Below, piece by piece: positions 46,699 to 56,438 of a DNA stretch of 64,000 nt; position 1 is the first letter of the stretch; each line of letters opens with the position of its first letter. This stretch comes from a virus (Duplodnaviria; Heunggongvirae; Uroviricota; Caudoviricetes): the IMG/VR virus record IMGVR_UViG_3300014204_000107, positions 43,468 to 107,467 of that record. One strand, 5' to 3'. The notes beneath the pieces were generated by a model, which did not search any database, was not told the origin of the DNA, and was given only the letters and a program-made list of their open reading frames with translations. A program made the translations under genes and the position numbers.

Positions 46699-46906
46699 TA
46701 GCATTAGCCACTCTATAATATGCAAATAGAGCAAAGGTAAGTAAAATTTTCGATATTATGTTAATGGTGTTGAATTTTTACTTACCTTTATATTATGGCA
46801 TTGAAGGTTACAATAAAATGTAACCGTCCGTGGGGATAACGCGAAAATAATAACGCTGGAAAGTTCAATTCTTTCCCTTGCCACAAAGAACAAAATAAAA
46901 TAAAAT

Positions 46907-47473
46907 ATGAAATCAGATTTAACACGCGCCGTAGAGAAAATTCTTAAAGCTAATAACAGTCCTTACTTTAGCATTCGTTATACGAATACTCCATGCTGGA
47001 CTGGCAGACTTGGTGTTCATTACAGTATTGACCCCAATTGCAAGCCAATAATGCCACTTAATTTAATTGCTGCAAGGATTGCTGAATTATCCAGGGGCAT
47101 TCACCACGCAGTTCAATCGAATCCGTTTACTATATCAGTTTATGTTGGCGAAGATTCTGGCTATCATATCGTTGACGAAGTAGCAATTGATGCTGGCAAA
47201 CACTTCTTAATATTAGATACATTGCGAGCAGTAAGGGCTGCAGAAACAAGGAATGAACGCATTGTTACAGAAGGACTCGTAATTCCCAAAAAGAAAATAT
47301 CTGGCGTAAGTACTGAAAAAGATGTGGTGGTTGAGGTGCAGAGTGGATTAGAAAGCTTTGACAATGCTATTAATGAAATTAAAGCTATTGTAAAACGGCT
47401 TCCGGTAGGAACTACTGTTAATATGGTTATCCCATATACTCAGCGGTTGAAGATTAACATTGAATGTAAATAA
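46907..47473 (+). CDS. hypothetical protein
   Basis: ORF. Confidence 0.45.
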   Translation: MKSDLTRAVEKILKANNSPYFSIRYTNTPCWTGRLGVHYSIDPNCKPIMPLNLIAARIAELSRGIHHAVQSNPFTISVYVGEDSGYHIVDEVAIDAGKHFLILDTLRAVRAAETRNERIVTEGLVIPKKKISGVSTEKDVVVEVQSGLESFDNAINEIKAIVKRLPVGTTVNMVIPYTQRLKINIECK

Positions 47474-47521
47474 TAGAGCATCAAACAAAGACAGCTTGCT
47501 TAAATAGCACAAAGAAAAATA

Positions 47522-47575
47522 AATTTGGTAGATTGAGAAAATGTTCTTATATTTACTTACCGTTTAACACAAACA
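47522..47575 (+). promoter_or_regulatory. recurring promoter/leader motif (variant)
   Basis: TTTGGTAGATTGAGAAAATGTTCTTATATTTACTTACCGTTTAACAC before ATG 47601. Confidence 0.4.
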
Positions 47576-47600
47576 AATAATTAAACAAATCCCATAACAA

Positions 47601-48029
47601 ATGGAAAACACTGAAAGAGAAGCTGTAACCAGCACCGAAACTGTTGAAGCAACAGTTGAAACCAAAGTATCAACCCCGAAGGCACCTAAAGCCCCTAAGG
47701 CACCGAAAGCCATTGCTCCTGTTGCTGAAGTCATTGATACTCCTGCGGCAGTTGAAGCTGAAGCCCCGGCAAAGAAAAGGCGTGGAAAAACCCCAACCAA
47801 AGCACAGATCCATTCTGTTGCCGATGTCATTGCCTTTGTGAAAAACACTGCTGATGAAAAGGCCGTTGCCAAAAGGCTCAAGGAAGTCTTTTCCAGCAAG
47901 TTCACTGAACAGAAAGAACTGATCATTGAAGCGCTGCACCCGGAAATGAATTCTGCCACGCCTAAGAGGCAGGAATGGTACAAAGCCGTTGGGTCGAAGA
48001 TCCGCAATGCCCGCAAACCGAAGTTCTAG
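47601..48029 (+). CDS. Lys/Ala/Pro-rich basic protein (KAPKAPKAPKA repeats), histone H1-like / nucleoid-associated candidate
   Basis: Composition; GC-rich relative to surroundings. Confidence 0.45.
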   Translation: MENTEREAVTSTETVEATVETKVSTPKAPKAPKAPKAIAPVAEVIDTPAAVEAEAPAKKRRGKTPTKAQIHSVADVIAFVKNTADEKAVAKRLKEVFSSKFTEQKELIIEALHPEMNSATPKRQEWYKAVGSKIRNARKPKF

Positions 48030-48279
48030 GAACTGCCACCGTTAGGGTGGAATGAGTAAAGGCCGCCGGTTATGCAGTTTGCAGCCGGTGGCCCTTTTAA
48101 TAAAGCAGCTTATAAGATAATAGAACATTTGCTCTTCGCCAGAGAAGCAGCAAATCCCTGGGTGGATCGGGGTATAAGCACAATTAAAAATAATAAGATA
48201 ATGCTGTTACAGCAGGTTCATGTTTCTTCTTATTGTTATAGAGTGTGCCGGCTTCGCGCCGGCATTTCTCTGATATTTT

Positions 48280-48326
48280 ATTTGTTGGTTAGAGAAATTC
48301 TTCCTACCTTTATTCTATAACAATAC
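48280..48326 (+). promoter_or_regulatory. recurring promoter/leader motif
   Basis: TTGGTTAGAGAAATTCTTCCTACCTTTATTCTATAACAATA before ATG 48331. Confidence 0.45.
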
Positions 48327-48330
48327 GAAC

Positions 48331-50958
48331 ATGAACAATCCTATCACAAAGAAAGGTACCTTTAAGTACGCAATTTCTGACTTTTGGTTATCCGAAAGCA
48401 CAAAGCGTATTTTAGAAGACTATGAACCGAAGGAGCATGCCTTTTATGTACGGGGTATGATTAAGAAAGCGGTGGAAGACTTTATTCGTATTATCAATAA
48501 CGGTGATGGCTCCGTGAAGGTTACATATAGGACTGATGGCAGTGAAACGTCATACAGTTCGGCCAACGCTATTGAATGTAAGAGTGTATGCGTCCAGTCT
48601 GATATATTTGACTTAGATGTTACCGTAGGTCTTGCTTTACATGAGGCAATGCACATCCGTGATACTATCTTTGTCACTATCAACCCATTGTTCCAATCCT
48701 TTCTTTTAAAGCATGATTGTAGTGATTTAATTATTGCTCATTTAGTTGATGCATATATCGACTTCCTGCATGATGAAATGATGTATGACTATGCTTATAT
48801 TGCAAGGAAGCTGACTGGGCAGTCAATGTCATATTTTGACATTACCAATGCAGTTACTGCCGCAATTACCAAGCACACTAATAAAGTTACTTTAAATAGC
48901 ATGTTCCAGAGTAGTGGTTATGTAAGAATGCGTAACTGTTACGAAAGAATAAACAAGCTTTCCAATGGCAAAGAGCTGTTGCCAAAGATTCTTAAAATAA
49001 CTGGCGGCATACTTAATTGGATCGAGGATCGTAGGATTGACCATAAAGCTAGTGTTATTGCTCCCGGCTATGTTGGCTATTATGATGCATTATACGATAA
49101 GTATTTCTTTGCACCAAACATGCGTGATATTGTAAAAAATAACATTACAAACGTGCCAACCCTTAAGCATTACGAATTATACATCACAAACTTATGGGAA
49201 TCGCAGAAATATGTTAACGAAGTCCCAGCATTAGGTGATATTGTTAAAGCCATTGATCTTCCGAATATTGGCAGGCTTGAAGACACTATTGATTCATTAG
49301 CTCTCACCTTCGAAGTAATGGCAATCATTCTCGAAGAAATGCTTTCACGTAAGAAGAAAGAAGAACAGGAGCCTGCAGAAAAAGAAACGAAGAAAGATAA
49401 GCTTGGAGAAAGCAAAGATGGCAAACGTGAAGAGAACGACAGTAATGACAATACTGAAATCGATAACGAAAATAGCGAAGACGGCCCTTCTAAAGAAGAT
49501 GATGACGAAAGCGAACCAAGCAATAAAGACAACAAATTCGATACAGAGATTGAAGAAGCTGGCGATGACAATGTTACTGCTGACGAGTTTGACGAAAACA
49601 ACGAAGACGCCCCAGAAGATAACTACGAAGACGCCCCAGAAGATAACTACGAAGATAACTACGAAGGTAACGACGAAAGTCCCGACCATACAGAAAACGA
49701 TGGTAGTGAGGTAGAACATACTGATGATGATACTTCTGGCACTGAAACTGCTGAAGACGATATTACTGATGCAGTAGTTCCCGACAATGATACTGAAAAT
49801 AGCAATACTACTGAAGGAGACAACGGCGATGAATCAAATAGTGCCGGTTCCAATGGTGGTAATGATTTAGACAGTTTTCCTGCTGAAGACAACAATATCA
49901 TTGATGACGAAGCAGACAAAATGCTTGGAGAGCAAAAGAAATTTGCTGAAGGTGATATCGAGCGTTCTGACGTTAATGAAATGGAGGAGAAGATTATTAA
50001 TGCTACCGCTACTGGCGATGTGGATTTGAGAGTATCAAAGGATGGTGCCAACCGCAATGTTAGTTATGTTTGCAATAACTTTAACAAGCAGAACGTAGAG
50101 ATGCTCAGTAATATGTGCGAATGTGTTAGTATGTGGACAACAGAAGACTCACGCGAGCAGCAAAATATCCTGAAAGCGCTGAAATATGGTGAAAAACTTG
50201 CACAGTTGATTACTATTCGCAACGAAGACAGGGAACTGGTTAATCCTAACCAGGAAAGCGGTAAAGTATTCAAAAGGCACCTTTACAAAATTGCTGGACA
50301 TAATAGTAAGGTTTTCTATAGCGTTCTCAGTGAAAACTTTGAACCCGTAACTATGCACATTTCAATTGACGCAAGTGGTTCAATGGCCTCTGGGTCAAGC
50401 TTTAGCAATGCTATTTTTATGGCCGTTGCTTTAGCAGTAGTTGCTGACAAGACTAAGAATGTTGAAGTTGTTATTTCATTCCGCGGTGAATCTTCTGGTA
50501 AATACAGAAGCGCATTTACTTCGGGTGCTGAATACAGCACTAAAGGAAAGATTCCTTTTATGTTGATTGCATATGATAGCCGCGTTGATAAACTTTCTAA
50601 AATCAAGCAAGTATTTAGGTATATCCATGCTAACAGTTACACTCCTGAAGGACTTTGTTTTGCCGCCATTTTGGAAGAACTCATTGAATACAGCAAAGAT
50701 TCAAGGTCTTACTTTATCAACATTAGTGATGGTATGCCGTGTTTCTACGAATATGCTGGGCAGAAGGCGTTAGAACATACAAGGAAACAAGTCGATAAAA
50801 TGCGCAAGGCAGGCATCAATATTATGGCATTTTTTATTGGCAATGAATATGGGCTTTCTAATTTTAAATATATGTATGGTAAGGATGCTACCAATATAGA
50901 CGTTACAAATTTGAGAAGACTTGCTAATAACATTAACCAATTATTATTGAAAAAATAG
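48331..50958 (+). CDS. CobT-like protein: N-terminal domain, long acidic low-complexity linker (EDAPEDNYEDAPEDNYEDNYE), C-terminal vWA with MIDAS (ISIDASGSM)
   Basis: Architecture typical of cobaltochelatase CobT-like vWA partners of MoxR/CobS AAA+ ATPases. Confidence 0.5.
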   Translation: MNNPITKKGTFKYAISDFWLSESTKRILEDYEPKEHAFYVRGMIKKAVEDFIRIINNGDGSVKVTYRTDGSETSYSSANAIECKSVCVQSDIFDLDVTVGLALHEAMHIRDTIFVTINPLFQSFLLKHDCSDLIIAHLVDAYIDFLHDEMMYDYAYIARKLTGQSMSYFDITNAVTAAITKHTNKVTLNSMFQSSGYVRMRNCYERINKLSNGKELLPKILKITGGILNWIEDRRIDHKASVIAPGYVGYYDALYDKYFFAPNMRDIVKNNITNVPTLKHYELYITNLWESQKYVNEVPALGDIVKAIDLPNIGRLEDTIDSLALTFEVMAIILEEMLSRKKKEEQEPAEKETKKDKLGESKDGKREENDSNDNTEIDNENSEDGPSKEDDDESEPSNKDNKFDTEIEEAGDDNVTADEFDENNEDAPEDNYEDAPEDNYEDNYEGNDESPDHTENDGSEVEHTDDDTSGTETAEDDITDAVVPDNDTENSNTTEGDNGDESNSAGSNGGNDLDSFPAEDNNIIDDEADKMLGEQKKFAEGDIERSDVNEMEEKIINATATGDVDLRVSKDGANRNVSYVCNNFNKQNVEMLSNMCECVSMWTTEDSREQQNILKALKYGEKLAQLITIRNEDRELVNPNQESGKVFKRHLYKIAGHNSKVFYSVLSENFEPVTMHISIDASGSMASGSSFSNAIFMAVALAVVADKTKNVEVVISFRGESSGKYRSAFTSGAEYSTKGKIPFMLIAYDSRVDKLSKIKQVFRYIHANSYTPEGLCFAAILEELIEYSKDSRSYFINISDGMPCFYEYAGQKALEHTRKQVDKMRKAGINIMAFFIGNEYGLSNFKYMYGKDATNIDVTNLRRLANNINQLLLKK

Positions 50959-50965
50959 CAAATAT

Positions 50966-51012
50966 ATTTGGTGAGCTTATTATTTCTTCCTACCTTTATT
51001 TTGTAACAATTA
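50966..51012 (+). promoter_or_regulatory. recurring promoter/leader motif
   Basis: ATTTGGTGAGC…TTCTTCCTACCTTTATTTTGTAACAATTAAA before ATG 51024. Confidence 0.45.
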
Positions 51013-51023
51013 AATAAAACACC

Positions 51024-52514
51024 ATGTCAAAAGAATCAACATTAGTATTTCCTGTATCAACGGGTAATGCTGTATGGTTTATAAGCGACGACAGAAAAAC
51101 TATATTAGATGTCGTTGATCCCGGACAACAGAGAAAAGCAAAAGCCGCCGAGGCAGCTGGACAAGTTGGAATACTTGGGTGGCGCGGAAAAGTTGAAAGA
51201 GAAGTTAAAGTTAAATACATTGACAGAAGCGATCTTCGATTGTATTGGTGTGAAAATTTCACTGATTGGTTTTCGGCCATTTCATCTGATGCTGCATTAC
51301 TCTCTAATTTTAATAACAAATACAGCATTGCCAACTATTTAACTGACGGTGATGTTGATACGATGCTTAAGTTGGTTGACAACCATACAGCGGTAGTTGT
51401 ATCAGGGTTATCCGGCAATTCACAGCCGAAATCACAGAAAAAAGGTAGACCTGCTAAGAAAGCAAAGGTTTCAAATTCTGCCGGTACTGCTGCACAGATG
51501 AGAAATCAAGTGGCTGTAAGTGCTACAGTAAGTCCCGAAGATACAGCAACAGAAACTGAAGAGCTGGCGGAAGTAGCTCCTGCAGAACCGGCCAAGGCTA
51601 TCGACGTTGACTTAAGCTGTGAGAACATGGCTCAGCGACTTGCAAATTTTGCAATGGTAAAGCCCGAAGAGCTTATCATTAGCGATCTTAAATGGAAATT
51701 TTTAATCCGTTCGGTATTACGCGGAAAAAACATATTGGTAACTGGCCAGTCTGGCACAGGGAAGACCAAATCGATTAATTCAGTTGCAAAGCTGATGGTT
51801 GAAGATCACCCGTTATTCATTATTCCTTGCGGAAATACAACTGATGCAAAGAGTATTTTATTGGGCAATACCAAATACAGCCCCGAGAGAGGCACTTACC
51901 TTAGCGAATCTGAATTTGTGAAAGCAATCCAGACGCCCAATGCAATTGTATATCTTGACGAGTTTACGCGTTTACACCCGGATGGGCAGAATATATTAAT
52001 GACAGTGCTTGACCACACACAGAGGGAACTCGTATTGGACGAAGCTGAGGGATGTCCTACTATTAAAGTAGCACCTGGAGTGTGTTTCATGGCTACGGCA
52101 AATATTGGGAAACAGTATAGCGCTACAAGATCCATTGACCGTGCATTGTTAGACAGATTCAATGTTACTTTCGAAATGGAGCCATTAGAGATCATGCAGG
52201 AACTTGAACTTATCTTCATGGAATACGGCAAGCCCGCTATTAAGATGAGGAATGAAATTTGCAAGGTGCTTGACGTTATCGACTCCATTAGGAAAGACTA
52301 CAATAACGAAAATACTGAGCTTACAACCTTTATTAGCACAAGGCCAGTGCTTGAAATTGCTGGACTGTTGCTTGATGGGTTTAGCCCTCTTGAATGCATT
52401 GAAGTATGTATTTATCCGTTATACAGCGACGATGGTGGAACCGAAAGTGAACGTGCATTGGTAAAGAAGATAGTACAAAAAGCAGGCTTTGCTCCTGCTG
52501 ATCAAACGATATAA
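51024..52514 (+). CDS. CobS/MoxR-like AAA+ ATPase (Walker A GQSGTGKTKS, Walker B YLDEFTRLHPDGQNILMTVLD) with ~200-aa N-terminal extension
   Basis: AAA_5/MoxR-type motifs; adjacent to vWA partner. Confidence 0.55.
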   Translation: MSKESTLVFPVSTGNAVWFISDDRKTILDVVDPGQQRKAKAAEAAGQVGILGWRGKVEREVKVKYIDRSDLRLYWCENFTDWFSAISSDAALLSNFNNKYSIANYLTDGDVDTMLKLVDNHTAVVVSGLSGNSQPKSQKKGRPAKKAKVSNSAGTAAQMRNQVAVSATVSPEDTATETEELAEVAPAEPAKAIDVDLSCENMAQRLANFAMVKPEELIISDLKWKFLIRSVLRGKNILVTGQSGTGKTKSINSVAKLMVEDHPLFIIPCGNTTDAKSILLGNTKYSPERGTYLSESEFVKAIQTPNAIVYLDEFTRLHPDGQNILMTVLDHTQRELVLDEAEGCPTIKVAPGVCFMATANIGKQYSATRSIDRALLDRFNVTFEMEPLEIMQELELIFMEYGKPAIKMRNEICKVLDVIDSIRKDYNNENTELTTFISTRPVLEIAGLLLDGFSPLECIEVCIYPLYSDDGGTESERALVKKIVQKAGFAPADQTI

Positions 52515-52586
52515 TTAGTGTTTACTAATTGTTACGTGCAAGCGCTGGCTAGACTTTATTGTTTAGCCGGCGTAAGCATGACCAGA

Positions 52587-52622
52587 CATTTGGTAGGTAG
52601 AGAAATTATACTTACCTTTATT
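52587..52622 (+). promoter_or_regulatory. recurring promoter/leader motif
   Basis: TTTGGTAGGTAGAGAAATTATACTTACCTTTATTATATG. Confidence 0.4.
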
Positions 52623-52624
52623 AT

Positions 52625-52780
52625 ATGAAAAACACGAAGTTGACCATATCCAAAGAACAGGCATATATTGCCCACAAGACTGCTTCCCGCAGAGTTGAAA
52701 TGGAAGAAGGACTTCGTAGACCTACACATTCTGTGCATAAAAATATGAAAGCTTATTCACGCAAAATTAAACATAAATAA
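52625..52780 (+). CDS. small basic protein (51 aa, below ORF-track cut-off)
   Basis: ATG 3 nt after promoter/leader motif; Lys/Arg rich. Confidence 0.3.
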   Translation: MKNTKLTISKEQAYIAHKTASRRVEMEEGLRRPTHSVHKNMKAYSRKIKHK

Positions 52781-52921
52781 ATATTGATATGAAAGGAAAT
52801 ATTAATGCTAAAATAAAATGCCCCCTCTGCGGTAAAAAAATCCACGTAAATAATTACCAAATGCATGTTAAATCTGATAAATGTAAAAGTAGTAGAAACG
52901 AACTTAAAAAACTCTTATAAT

Positions 52922-53260
52922 ATGGCAGAATACAATTTCCGCGACCAGGCAGACATAGTTGCTCTCGCACAAGAATGTGCAGTATCATTATCGGCACAAC
53001 CGTTAATTGATTACTTTGAACGCACTACCGTCGAAAAAGAAAAAGAAGAACTGCGAACCATGGTGTTTGAAGACATAAATGAAATTCATGAAGTGGATGT
53101 CGAGCAAGCATACAAGGATAACAAATTTGTCAAAGAAGCAGTTGACGAGTTAGTTGACAACCTATATGATGGTGGCGGATTCAACAATGACAATATTGAC
53201 TATTGGATGGAATACAATGAAAGCGCAGTTGAGAATATTCTCAGCGAAGTTGAAGACTAA
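52922..53260 (+). CDS. acidic hypothetical protein
   Basis: ORF; internal Met start. Confidence 0.4.
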   Translation: MAEYNFRDQADIVALAQECAVSLSAQPLIDYFERTTVEKEKEELRTMVFEDINEIHEVDVEQAYKDNKFVKEAVDELVDNLYDGGGFNNDNIDYWMEYNESAVENILSEVED

Positions 53261-53375
53261 AATAAGCAAAGCCGGCAGGAAAAAAGGTTTATAGTACTTT
53301 GGTAGAAATCTGAAACCTTGCAATACCCATTAAGATCGACAGTAGCTACCAACAGCCGGCTATGCATTATAATAA

Positions 53376-53425
53376 ATTTGTTTGCCCGGTATAAATTACT
53401 TACCTTTATTCTATAACAATAAATA
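53376..53425 (+). promoter_or_regulatory. recurring promoter/leader motif
   Basis: TTTGTTTGCCCGGTATAAATTACTTACCTTTATTCTATAACAATAAA; followed by a 40-aa membrane mini-ORF (53432-53554). Confidence 0.4.
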
Positions 53426-53564
53426 AAAGAAATGTGTCCAACAATTTTAGGAATTACCATTGGAGTATTTGTATGCATTCTAGCAGTAGGTCTTGCTGTT
53501 TGGTTTACACGGAAATTGGAAGATGAATGTGACGATGATATAATGATTTTTTAACAATAAGAAC

Positions 53565-53819
53565 ATGATAAAAAGAGTATTAGCGTTTGACACGGAATCT
53601 ATGTCGGGCGACCCGTGTGAATTTATATTTGATTCTGAAAAAGGAATTGCCAAGCAAATAATGGATGACAGCATTGAAGATGGTGAACCAGTTACCTTTG
53701 AGGAAGCAGTTGCATGGTGGATTGAAAATCCTGCCCCAGAAGATGAAAACTTCATCTTCTTGACAGACGAACAGATGGAAGACGCGTATACCCTGTTAAA
53801 GAGCATCCTTGGCAAATAA
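53565..53819 (+). CDS. small acidic protein
   Basis: ORF. Confidence 0.4.
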   Translation: MIKRVLAFDTESMSGDPCEFIFDSEKGIAKQIMDDSIEDGEPVTFEEAVAWWIENPAPEDENFIFLTDEQMEDAYTLLKSILGK

Positions 53820-53843
53820 AGCAATAAAAATATTCTTTAAGGT

Positions 53844-53885
53844 ATTTGGTGGTTTGAGAAATTATTCCTAACTTTACCTTGTTGT
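53844..53885 (+). promoter_or_regulatory. recurring promoter motif (variant) with no ORF downstream; faces the 53.9-54.75 kb ORF-free island
   Basis: TTTGGTGGTTTGAGAAATTATTCCTAACTTTACCTTG. Confidence 0.4.
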
Positions 53886-53889
53886 TTTG

Positions 53890-54720
53890 GACGAAATACT
53901 GTCCAGAACCTATAATCCCGGAAAAGGCAATATTGCCGCAAAACTTAGATTGTTTATACACCATTTAAAAGGAGGACGCAATGGAACCACCCGGTTAGTT
54001 TAGCTTTATATATTATTATTTTATTTTGATCTTTGACATCTTGTGAATTAGTAGGTTACCATGTAGTGCTCATACTTGAATGCTTTACATACGTCCCTCG
54101 CCTCCCTGTTGTATCGTGGTTTGACCGCCATTGTTGGCCACTTTGGTTCCGATAACTGTATGAACTTCATAGACGCATACGCTTTCTGTTGTCCATAGTT
54201 CTTGGCACGCATGGAAATAACCTATTAGCTTGGATTGGCGCTGTTACTATTCCGAAATGGTAACGGGGCCTTAACAAGCACCAGTGCATAATATGCGCGT
54301 TCTCGTAAGTGCAGCCATTTATTTTCCGCCGGCCGCTCTACATTAGTAGCATGGGACCGAGCTCCGTGGCCGAATCGAGTTAAATAGCTACGCATATATG
54401 TATTGCCAGAGTGGCTGGTACCCCACTCACTCAGTTTGCTTGTAGGGAAGTAAAACCTGCAAGGTACCACATTCCGAGAAAAGGCAATACACACTGGTTT
54501 TCACGAGTGTTGATACATCTAACCCTGCCGGGGCCTAATAAAGTGGCCTTTGGTGGGGTTTTCTGTTTTAGATCGATTCTTATGACTATTTTATAGTAGA
54601 TGATGTCAGGTATGTGGTTTATATGAACGTCGAGCAGACCTCACCATTTTGATTCAAATCCAACTTTACAGATATTGGTTAGAACCAAATACTACAAACA
54701 GTATTGCAATCTAAGCAATA
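53890..54720 (+). ncRNA. ORF-free GC-elevated island directly downstream of a promoter motif; candidate large structured ncRNA
   Basis: No + strand ORF of 60 aa or more in 830 nt of an otherwise gene-dense genome; only short - strand junk ORFs; local GC clearly above flanks. Confidence 0.3.
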
Positions 54721-54725
54721 AAATA

Positions 54726-54772
54726 TATTTGGTAGTTTGATATAATTTACTTACCTTTACATATAAACAATA
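54726..54772 (+). promoter_or_regulatory. recurring promoter/leader motif
   Basis: TTTGGTAGTTTGATATAATTTACTTACCTTTACATATAAACAATAA before ATG 54779. Confidence 0.45.
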
Positions 54773-54778
54773 ACAGGC

Positions 54779-54955
54779 ATGATTTTAAAAATTGAATTTG
54801 GTGACGAAGACCTTGCTTCCTTAGCGGAAGAAAATGGACTGTCAATTGCCGACATGGTAACGGTTCTTGAGGAAATTGCAATGGATGCACTGTCTGATGA
54901 TTATGGCATTGCAGAAGCAGCAAGTGGTTATGCTGAACGAATTAAAGAAGAATAA
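54779..54955 (+). CDS. small acidic protein (58 aa, below ORF-track cut-off)
   Basis: ATG right after promoter/leader motif. Confidence 0.3.
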   Translation: MILKIEFGDEDLASLAEENGLSIADMVTVLEEIAMDALSDDYGIAEAASGYAERIKEE

Positions 54956-54956
54956 A

Positions 54957-55202
54957 ATGAACAAACCAACAACAGGAAACAGAAAAGCCAATGCGCTGAT
55001 CAATCAATTCATTGAAGAATCCGATTGCAAGCCAGAACTTAAAGATAATCTTTACGAGGCTTTGGTTGAGGCAGTGATCGAAGATTACAGTGACGAACCA
55101 AACAATATTAAGCTAATTGAAATGCAAGATATTTACGAAATAGTAGATTCCTGCATCCCAATGGAAGATTACGAACCGCAAGAAGACGAAGATGAAGAAT
55201 AA
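54957..55202 (+). CDS. small acidic protein
   Basis: ORF, internal Met start after upstream stop. Confidence 0.4.
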   Translation: MNKPTTGNRKANALINQFIEESDCKPELKDNLYEALVEAVIEDYSDEPNNIKLIEMQDIYEIVDSCIPMEDYEPQEDEDEE

Positions 55203-55392
55203 GACATACAAGGATTGGATTATATGGGGCAAAAAGGTTACAGATAAGTATATTGCTGGCAAGCAATTCATCCCCGATCCCAGTGAATACAAGGACATGG
55301 TAATTGATGCCGTTTTGGAGGAGTTGCCAAGTGTTGATAACCTTACCTATAGCGAGCTGTCAAAGGCTTATAACGAGCTAAACAGGCAATAA
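55192..55392 (+). CDS. small hypothetical protein
   Basis: ORF. Confidence 0.35.
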   Translation: MKNKTYKDWIIWGKKVTDKYIAGKQFIPDPSEYKDMVIDAVLEELPSVDNLTYSELSKAYNELNRQ

Positions 55393-55397
55393 AACTG

Positions 55398-55448
55398 ATT
55401 TGGTAGGTAGAGAAATTATACTTACCTTTATTCTATAACAATAAACAA
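55398..55448 (+). promoter_or_regulatory. recurring promoter/leader motif
   Basis: TTTGGTAGGTAGAGAAATTATACTTACCTTTATTCTATAACAATAAA before ATG 55457. Confidence 0.45.
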
Positions 55449-55456
55449 ATAACAAA

Positions 55457-55642
55457 ATGGAAGATTTAACAATTAGCATTACCCTTGATGGGGACAGCGT
55501 TGAAAATTGGTGTGAAAACTATGGCTTAACTCGCGAAGAACTTGCCAGTAAATTTGAAGACTTTATTTACGAATGGTGCCTTGGGAACGAAGACCGCGAT
55601 GGCAGTAGCTTTGATTGCTATCTTGATTCATTCTGTCATTAA
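55457..55642 (+). CDS. small acidic protein
   Basis: ORF. Confidence 0.35.
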   Translation: MEDLTISITLDGDSVENWCENYGLTREELASKFEDFIYEWCLGNEDRDGSSFDCYLDSFCH

Positions 55643-55663
55643 TAACGCAAACAAATAAATAAA

Positions 55664-55849
55664 ATGAAAATTACAGTAGAAGTAAATGATGACAGAATTG
55701 CCGAAATGGCAGAACAGTATGATTTAACTGTGGATGAAATGGAAGCCGCGGTTGAAGATCTGTTTGACTGGATTGCTGGCAGCAACCTTGAAGAATCTAT
55801 TGAAGGCGAAGGTAGCTTTGACCCGGAATCGTACAGAGGAGAACGGTGA
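55664..55849 (+). CDS. small acidic protein
   Basis: ORF. Confidence 0.35.
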   Translation: MKITVEVNDDRIAEMAEQYDLTVDEMEAAVEDLFDWIAGSNLEESIEGEGSFDPESYRGER

Positions 55850-56163
55850 GAAAGCTACGTCTATATCTGGATGACCAGCGGCCATTACCAGATGATGGGT
55901 TTGATTTCCTTATTCGCACCGTAGAGGATGCCATTAAATATATCAACCAAAATGCAGTTGAGTTCATATCACTTGACAATGATTTAGGAGTTGGCTATAC
56001 TGAAGGTTATAAGGTGGCCGACTACATCGAGCATGCCTACATCTGTGGTGATATTGAGTTTGTTGACTTCATGCCGCACACTAATAACCCAGGTGCAGCT
56101 AGACGAATGTGGCAAGCACGTGAAAATGTGTACAAACATAAAGCTGCATTAGAAGCATTATAA
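55846..56163 (+). CDS. hypothetical protein
   Basis: ORF. Confidence 0.4.
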   Translation: MRKLRLYLDDQRPLPDDGFDFLIRTVEDAIKYINQNAVEFISLDNDLGVGYTEGYKVADYIEHAYICGDIEFVDFMPHTNNPGAARRMWQARENVYKHKAALEAL

Positions 56164-56246
56164 TAATATTAGGATATTAAGGAATTATTTCATAACTTTG
56201 TACTTGTGGAATAGTTCTTTTTTTATGACTATTAATTAACAACTAT

Positions 56247-56438
56247 ATGGGAGACCTCTTAACATCAATACTACTGCTAGTTTTACTATTTATTGCTATG
56301 GCCAATACTAAAAAAGTAATACAGTACAGCGGAATACTTGGTGCAATTCTAATGTATGCATTTATAATCGCATGTATTATTGGCAAGTTCATGCAATACT
56401 TGGGAATAATCCCATCAATCCTTAACTACAGCAACTAA
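56247..56438 (+). CDS. small membrane protein
   Basis: ORF, hydrophobic. Confidence 0.35.
   Translation: MGDLLTSILLLVLLFIAMANTKKVIQYSGILGAILMYAFIIACIIGKFMQYLGIIPSILNYSN

Noticed and set aside
47564-48016. Overlapping ORFs 47564-48016(-), 47644-47841(+), 47670-47939(-)
   Set aside because: GC-rich segment keeps several frames open. The + strand frame 47601-48029 starts right after a promoter-motif copy and fits the gene spacing.
49170-50057. Several minus- and plus-strand ORFs (49170-49601-, 49345-49719-, 49403-49714+, 49659-50057-)
   Set aside because: Low-complexity artefacts within the acidic repeat linker of the CobT-like gene 48331-50958.
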